Of a stretch of 11,510 nt of DNA, positions 6,568 to 11,510 are shown in pieces. The notes under the pieces were generated by a model. The model did not search any database. It worked only from the letters and a program-made list of their open reading frames with translations, and was not told the DNA's origin. This DNA comes from Candidatus Hermodarchaeota archaeon. Lineage in GTDB: Archaea; Asgardarchaeota; Lokiarchaeia; Sigyniarchaeales; SOKP01. The DNA lies in NCBI GenBank assembly GCA_048885925.1, contig JBHLLG010000092.1:1-11510 (forward strand), in the 5' to 3' direction. The position numbers and the translations under genes are program-made. Numbering within the stretch: the first letter of the stretch is position 1; each line of letters opens with the position of its first letter.

Positions 6568-8496
6568 CTATTTAGCATATTTTTGCTTTATTAATGTTAA
6601 TTTGCCACCAGCTTTTAATTCTTCAAGATCGCTTTTACCTAATGAATGAATTAATGGAATCTCTAAGCCTTTAGTAAGATTTTTTAAAATGACTTTGCCT
6701 GTATCAATAGTATTCAAATCTAATTCGAGACTATCGCCCTGTTCTATTTTATTATAATCTTCTTTGTTTGCGAATATTAATGGAACAATTCCAAAATTAA
6801 TTAGATTAGCTAAATGGATTCGAGCAAAGCTTTTAACTATAACCGCTTTTACACCCAAATATTTCGGAGCAATAGCAGCATGTTCTCTACTTGATCCTTG
6901 ACCATAATTCTCTCCTGCAATTACAAATCCTCCACTTTTTTGTTTAGCCCTCTCAGGAAAAGATTGATCTACTACATTAAATACAAATTTACTAATTTCT
7001 GGTATATTACTTCTTAAAGGTAGTATTTGAGCTCCTGCTGGCATAATATGATCTGTAGTTATGTCATCTTCAACTTTTAAAAGTACTTCACCTTCTAATT
7101 TTCCCGGAATTGGATTAAATTCAGGCAAAGGTTTTATATTTGGTCCTCTAATAATCTCTACTTCTTTTGCTTGTTCTATTGGTAATGGAGGGATAATCAT
7201 ATTATCATTTACCAAAAATTTCTTAGGCATTTCAATTTTTGGCATCTTTCCAAATTTTCTAGGATCAGTTACTGTTCCTTCTATTGCAGCCATGGCTGCT
7301 ACTTCTGGACTTATAAGATATATATTCGCACTTTTCGTTCCGGATCTCCCAAGAAAATTTCTATTAAATGTTCTTAATGATACAGCATCACTTTTTGGAG
7401 CAAGACCCATTCCAATACAAGGTCCACAGGTATTTTCAAGAATTCTCGCTCCTGCTTCAACAAAATAAGCCATTTCTCCAGAATGTATTAAGTGATCTAC
7501 AACTTGTCTTGATCCTGGAGACACGGTAAGGCTTACATTATGATTTATAGTTTTACCTTTTAGCATATTTGCTGCAATTTTAAGATCCCGCAATGAACTA
7601 TTCGTGCAAGATCCAATACATACCTGATCTACCTTTAATCCTTCTATTTCTTTGACTGTTTTAACGTTACCTGGACTATGAGGTTCTGCAACAAGTGGTT
7701 CAAGTTTATTTAAATCAATTTCAATTGTTTCATCATATATAGCATCCATATCAGCTTCTAAAGGAATCCACTGATTGCTTCTTTCTTGAGCTTCTAGAAA
7801 TTCTTTAGTAATCTCGTCAGAAGGAAATATTGAAGTAGTTGCACCCGTTTCAGTCCCCATATTAGTAATGGTTCCTCGTTCTGGGACTGATAAGGTTTTT
7901 ACTCCTGGCCCTGTATATTCTAAGACCTTATTAACTCCACCTTTTACTCCAAGTCTCCTTAAAACTTCTAATATTACATCCTTAGCAGATACGAAATCAG
8001 ATAATTTACCAGTTAAATAAACTTTGACAATTTTTGGCATTTTTAAACCAAAGGGGCTTCCAGCCATTGCAGCAGCAACATCTAAGCCTCCCGCTCCAAT
8101 TGCAATCATCCCTACCCCACCACCAGTCGGAGTGTGGCTATCTGAGCCTAATAATGTTTTGCCAGGACGAGCAAATCTTTCAAGATGAACTTGATGGCAT
8201 ATTCCATTACCTGGTCGTGAAAGATATATACCATATTTAGCAGCAATGCTTTGTAAATAGCGATGATCATCTGGGTTTTTAAAATCTTCTTGTAAGGTAT
8301 TATGGTCAATATAACTTACCGAGAGTTCGGTTTTAACTCGCGGAATTCCCATTGCTTCAAACTGAAGGTATGCCATTGTACCTGTAGCATCTTGAGTTAG
8401 AGTTTGATCAATCTTTATAGCAATATCAGTATCTTTTTCTAACTTTCCTTCTACTAAATGTTGCTCTAAAATTTTTTCAGTTAAGGTTTTTCCCAT
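6568..8496 (-). CDS. acn: Aconitate hydratase, single-chain ~640-aa 'putative aconitase' type
   Basis: QDATG, DHN, GICHQ, GSDSHT, [4Fe-4S] ligands GSCTNS and CGPCIG, RTFNRNF.GR, TTDHI.PAG, NYGQGSSREHAA, SFARIH. ATG at 8496 (MGKTLTEKIL) preferred over TTG at 8505. Confidence 0.9.
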   Translation of the reverse strand: MGKTLTEKILEQHLVEGKLEKDTDIAIKIDQTLTQDATGTMAYLQFEAMGIPRVKTELSVSYIDHNTLQEDFKNPDDHRYLQSIAAKYGIYLSRPGNGICHQVHLERFARPGKTLLGSDSHTPTGGGVGMIAIGAGGLDVAAAMAGSPFGLKMPKIVKVYLTGKLSDFVSAKDVILEVLRRLGVKGGVNKVLEYTGPGVKTLSVPERGTITNMGTETGATTSIFPSDEITKEFLEAQERSNQWIPLEADMDAIYDETIEIDLNKLEPLVAEPHSPGNVKTVKEIEGLKVDQVCIGSCTNSSLRDLKIAANMLKGKTINHNVSLTVSPGSRQVVDHLIHSGEMAYFVEAGARILENTCGPCIGMGLAPKSDAVSLRTFNRNFLGRSGTKSANIYLISPEVAAMAAIEGTVTDPRKFGKMPKIEMPKKFLVNDNMIIPPLPIEQAKEVEIIRGPNIKPLPEFNPIPGKLEGEVLLKVEDDITTDHIMPAGAQILPLRSNIPEISKFVFNVVDQSFPERAKQKSGGFVIAGENYGQGSSREHAAIAPKYLGVKAVIVKSFARIHLANLINFGIVPLIFANKEDYNKIEQGDSLELDLNTIDTGKVILKNLTKGLEIPLIHSLGKSDLEELKAGGKLTLIKQKYAK

Positions 8497-8587
8497 TTTC
8501 TTCAACTATTTTCTATATTTTCGTATTTCTGGATTAAAAAAATATACAAAATATTTAAATTTAAAATCCTATTAAATTTTTCTTTTA

Positions 8588-8620
8588 GAGTGCGCCCATC
8601 GTTTTCCCCTTGGGGAGAAA
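8588..8620. other. Isolated GC-rich hairpin element between divergent acn and DUF6125-like genes
   Basis: GAGTGCGCCCATCGTTTTCCCCTTGGGGAGAAA; 19 of 30 nt are G/C in 8588-8617, within very AT-rich flanks; stem TTTTCCC/GGGAGAA closes a CTTG loop. Confidence 0.45.
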
Positions 8621-8701
8621 TTTTAATTTTTATCAATTAATTAAATAAGCTTTATATAATTTTCAAAGTTAAATTTTCACGATTTAAAATCAAGGATCAA
8701 T

Positions 8702-9217
8702 ATGAGAGAAGATTTAGAATCACTTTCAAAAGAGGAATTGTTAGATTATATTGAAGATATTTCCAAAAACTGGTTAGCAATTGATGGTACTTGGTTTCAA
8801 GAAGTTGAACGAGAGTATGGATTGGAAAAAGCTATCGAATTAGATGTTAGGCAATGGAAAAGATTCACCGTTATTGAAGCAAAAAGGATAATGCAAAGAT
8901 TTAATATTCCTGAAAATGGTGGAATTCACGCTTTAGCTAAAGCTCTAAAATATAGAGTATATGCGAATATTAACATTCAAGAAGTTAATGAAATTTCGAA
9001 TAAGAAATGTGTGTTAAAGATGGTAAATTGTCGAGTTCAATCAGCCAGAAAACAAAGAGGACTTCCAGATTTCCCATGTAAACAAGTTGGTTTAGTGGAA
9101 TATGAATTATTTGCTAAAACTATAGATCCTCGAATAGAAACTAAATGTATATCATGTCCTCCTGATCCACATCCAGACGATTATTGGTGTAGTTGGGAGT
9201 TTACACTAAGAGAATAA
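8702..9217 (+). CDS. DUF6125-like protein (Cys-containing, possibly V4R/ATC-hydrolase-like fold)
   Basis: LSKEEL..KNWLAIDGTWF..VE..YG...A...D...W, CRVQ.AR...GL..FPC, C..CPPDPHPDD.WC.W.F. Family assignment is from pattern recall. Confidence 0.75.
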   Translation: MREDLESLSKEELLDYIEDISKNWLAIDGTWFQEVEREYGLEKAIELDVRQWKRFTVIEAKRIMQRFNIPENGGIHALAKALKYRVYANINIQEVNEISNKKCVLKMVNCRVQSARKQRGLPDFPCKQVGLVEYELFAKTIDPRIETKCISCPPDPHPDDYWCSWEFTLRE

Positions 9218-9421
9218 ACATTAATTAACCGAATATAAAAGCTAAGTTTTTAACCAAATTTCACCTAATAATTTTTTTAAACGTTCAAATTATGGCGATA
9301 GAAAGTTTAATAAGTTATTTTTCTTAAAAATACTTAAATATACCAATAATTTAATACACTTTAATCCTTAACAAGAAATTGAAAAAAAATTTAAGTTAAA
9401 ATACTAAAAGATTGATGTTTT

Positions 9422-9841
9422 ATGTCAGAAGAATATTTAAGAGGACAAATAAGTGCCAAAGAAGATGAAATTACTAGAATAGAAGAAGAAGCTGCTAAAA
9501 AAGAAGCTTCTGCAGAAGCAGAAATTGAACAGGATTTTGACCCTAAAATCGACGAAACTAAATTAAAATTAGAAGAAGAAGAGAGGCTTCGCGATGAAGC
9601 TATCCAAAAAACAGAAGAATGGACTGAAAAGAAAAAAGAAAAAATTTCTACTGTTAAAGAAGTGACTAAAAACCTTGCTACCTTAAAAAAGGAAAAAGAA
9701 AAGGCACTAAATGATAAATTGAAAGAAATTGAATCAGAAAAGAAAAATCTAATAAAGGCAGTTAATTCAGAAATTAAAAATTTACAAAAACAATTAAATG
9801 CTTTAGAAAAAGCTAAAGCAAAAGAAGCTGCTGAGGAATAA
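9422..9841 (+). CDS. Hypothetical E/K-rich coiled-coil protein
   Basis: 139 aa, almost entirely charged helical heptads; host-like codon usage; T tract after the stop. Confidence 0.8.
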   Translation: MSEEYLRGQISAKEDEITRIEEEAAKKEASAEAEIEQDFDPKIDETKLKLEEEERLRDEAIQKTEEWTEKKKEKISTVKEVTKNLATLKKEKEKALNDKLKEIESEKKNLIKAVNSEIKNLQKQLNALEKAKAKEAAEE

Positions 9842-9944
9842 TAAATAATAGTTTCATTTAATAACTATTAACCTTATTTTTTTATAAATCTTATATTTTT
9901 AACCATACTTTATTTCATCAAAGGATCTTCAAGTTAATTTTCAT

Positions 9945-10520
9945 ATGGTTTTGATAATAATTGGTTTTGGTCCATATAGTAAATTTAAATCTAATTTAAG
10001 TGGAGAGATTGTAGAGAAGTTCCTAATTAATGATTTTAAATTCCCAGTATTAAAAAAAGTCATACCGGTGAGTTGGAATAAAAGTATCAAAGTTTATAGT
10101 AATTTTTTGCTAGAATTAAAATCTAAACCCACCTTAGTAATTCTTTTAGGTATCCATTCTATTAATAAAATTTATCTTGAGAAATATGCATGGAATTTTA
10201 AAATTGGCACAGATATTGATAAGAAATTTAAATTTGGGCCTATAAACATTCATTTTCGCCCTTGGATTAAAACAATCATAAATGTAAATAAATTGTATTC
10301 GAAACTTAAAGACAACATCAATACCTCAATCTCAAATTTTCCAGGCTTCTTCTTATGCAATTATCTTTACTATTGGGCTCTTTATATCTCAAAAAAAGAA
10401 TATCCTCTTATTTTTATTCATATTCCACAAAATGGAGATTTGATTGATCTTATTTCTGAAATTAAAATGATTATAAATACTATTTGGAGGATTCAATATA
10501 ACGAAGATTTACATATTTAA
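9945..10520 (+). CDS. pcp: Pyroglutamyl-peptidase I (peptidase C15)
   Basis: GFGPY..NLS, IPVSW, catalytic Glu in LEKYAWN, catalytic Cys in PGFFLCNYLYY, catalytic His in FIHIP. Confidence 0.85.
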   Translation: MVLIIIGFGPYSKFKSNLSGEIVEKFLINDFKFPVLKKVIPVSWNKSIKVYSNFLLELKSKPTLVILLGIHSINKIYLEKYAWNFKIGTDIDKKFKFGPINIHFRPWIKTIINVNKLYSKLKDNINTSISNFPGFFLCNYLYYWALYISKKEYPLIFIHIPQNGDLIDLISEIKMIINTIWRIQYNEDLHI

Positions 10521-10649
10521 AGGCAATTTTTGCCCCTTTTCATTGATAAGATCTTTATATTCTGGATATAATCGAATCTCATCGTAAATCCAGTTAAGAA
10601 GCCTCATCTTTGAGTTGTATATCTCCACTTCTTCTTCAAATAACTCCAT
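10509..10649 (-). CDS. Small hypothetical protein, 46 aa (not in ORF track)
   Basis: MELFEEEVEIYNSKMRLLNWIYDEIRLYPEYKDLINEKGQKLPLNM*; ATG at 10649, TAA at 10511-10509; overlaps the pcp 3' end by 12 nt. Confidence 0.55.
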   Translation of the reverse strand: MELFEEEVEIYNSKMRLLNWIYDEIRLYPEYKDLINEKGQKLPLNM

Positions 10650-10798
10650 TTTATAATAATAAAAAATATTGTTTAGTTATATCCAACAGATTTGAATACA
10701 CATATTTAGCTATATAATATCCAAATAATATCAGAAAGTAATAAGAAATATTATAAAGTTTATATAAAAAAATTATTTGAACTTAGAAATATGATTAA

Positions 10799-11212
10799 TT
10801 AAGATTTCAAATACTTTTTTTGAATCTTTTTAAGATCATACATTATTTCTTCAATTGGACTCCCATTAATCACTTTATGCATATTATCAATTAATTCTCT
10901 AGGAAACATCTCGAATTCAGCAATAGATTCCTTATAAATTTTAAATTCATTTGATACTTCATAAATATCTGAACTTCTTTTTCTATCAAATTCTCTTATA
11001 ATTATTTCAATAAAAGATTTTATTAAATCATTATAAAACTCATCTTCCAAATGTTGAGCTGTATAATTGATATCATAGATCATATGATCATATTTTTTAT
11101 TGACTTTTTGGATTTCTTCTTCTCTTTTTCTATTAATTTCATCAATTTTTGGCTGCAATTCCTTCTTTTTTGCTTCTAGTTCCTTCAATTTTGAGTTCAA
11201 TTGATCTTTCAT
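10799..11212 (-). CDS. Hypothetical helical protein with N-terminal coiled coil
   Basis: 137 aa; N-terminal charged heptads LNSKLKELEAKKKELQPKIDEINRKREEEIQKV. Confidence 0.8.
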   Translation of the reverse strand: MKDQLNSKLKELEAKKKELQPKIDEINRKREEEIQKVNKKYDHMIYDINYTAQHLEDEFYNDLIKSFIEIIIREFDRKRSSDIYEVSNEFKIYKESIAEFEMFPRELIDNMHKVINGSPIEEIMYDLKKIQKKYLKS

Positions 11213-11463
11213 AATAAATTTTAATAAAGGACATTATTTAAAGAATTAGTTATAACTATGTGAAGTATAAATTTTGTTTAAAATATTAAAAAGAAATTGA
11301 AAAAGATAGTTTTATTAAGATTTTTTAAGTTCTATCTTTTTTTCTGTTTCTTCAGTCATTTTAACTTCAAATTTATTTAATTTAATAAAAACTTAATAGT
11401 ACAATTTATTTAAAAATTTAAGGGAATCAAACATTCTGATATTGGTTTTAATTGGAGATTAAT

Positions 11464-11510
11464 ATGGTTAAAAAAATAAATATTCCAGAACCAGAAGCAG
11501 GTTTGAAATT
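11464..11510 (+). CDS. 5' end of a CDS running off the window (MVKKINIPEPEAGLK...)
   Basis: ATG at 11464 preceded by GGAG (11454-11457); frame is open to the window end. Confidence 0.6.
   Translation, partial: MVKKINIPEPEAGLK

Noticed and set aside
6490-6570. Pyrrolysine-type readthrough of the aconitase TAG
   Set aside because: The protein is complete at the stop and the downstream frame is low-complexity Phe/Lys/Ile ending at another TAG.
7061-7468. 135-aa + strand ORF
   Set aside because: Lies wholly antisense to the conserved aconitase; Ser/Phe/Ile-rich composition is typical of a shadow frame.
8034-8240. 68-aa + strand ORF
   Set aside because: Antisense to the aconitase active-site region with no independent support.
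6568-8496. LeuC/LeuD isopropylmalate isomerase as an alternative call
   Set aside because: A single fused chain with QDATG, TFNRNF.GR and TTDHI.PAG fits the aconitase-type clade, although the substrate is not proven.
8601-8620. Resemblance of GTTTTCCCC..GGGGAGAAA to a type I-E CRISPR repeat or an iron-responsive element
   Set aside because: Single copy with no spacers or cas genes, and no CAGUGN loop or bulged C.
10651-10782. Open hydrophobic minus-strand frame (YFLILFGYYIAKYVYSNLL...)
   Set aside because: I found no convincing upstream start codon, and this composition is expected from AT-rich intergenic DNA.

Overview
AT-rich (roughly 30% GC by eye) prokaryotic window. TATA-like boxes, an archaeal-type membrane-anchored winged-helix regulator, a DUF6125-like protein and a gelsolin-like fragment suggest an Asgard archaeon, probably Lokiarchaeia (inference). 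Recognisable genes are a UROD/MtaA-family Zn methyltransferase, a 2x[4Fe-4S] nitroreductase, class II fumarase (fumC), a class I SAM methyltransferase, a single-chain aconitase, a DUF6125-like protein and a pyroglutamyl peptidase I. Two coiled-coil proteins and several hypothetical proteins are also present. No rRNA, tRNA, CRISPR array or transposase was seen. The most notable features outside the ORF track are: (i) an intergenic fragment reading KRMYIWIGRNATQALKKHISNIRV, which resembles a gelsolin-domain core; (ii) a membrane-tethered wHTH regulator with a 20-bp palindromic operator candidate facing a divergent membrane-protein gene; (iii) an isolated GC-rich hairpin upstream of aconitase; (iv) a probable frameshift in a Cys-rich small protein; (v) an unannotated 46-aa ORF. 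I cannot claim a complete new system from the sequence alone.
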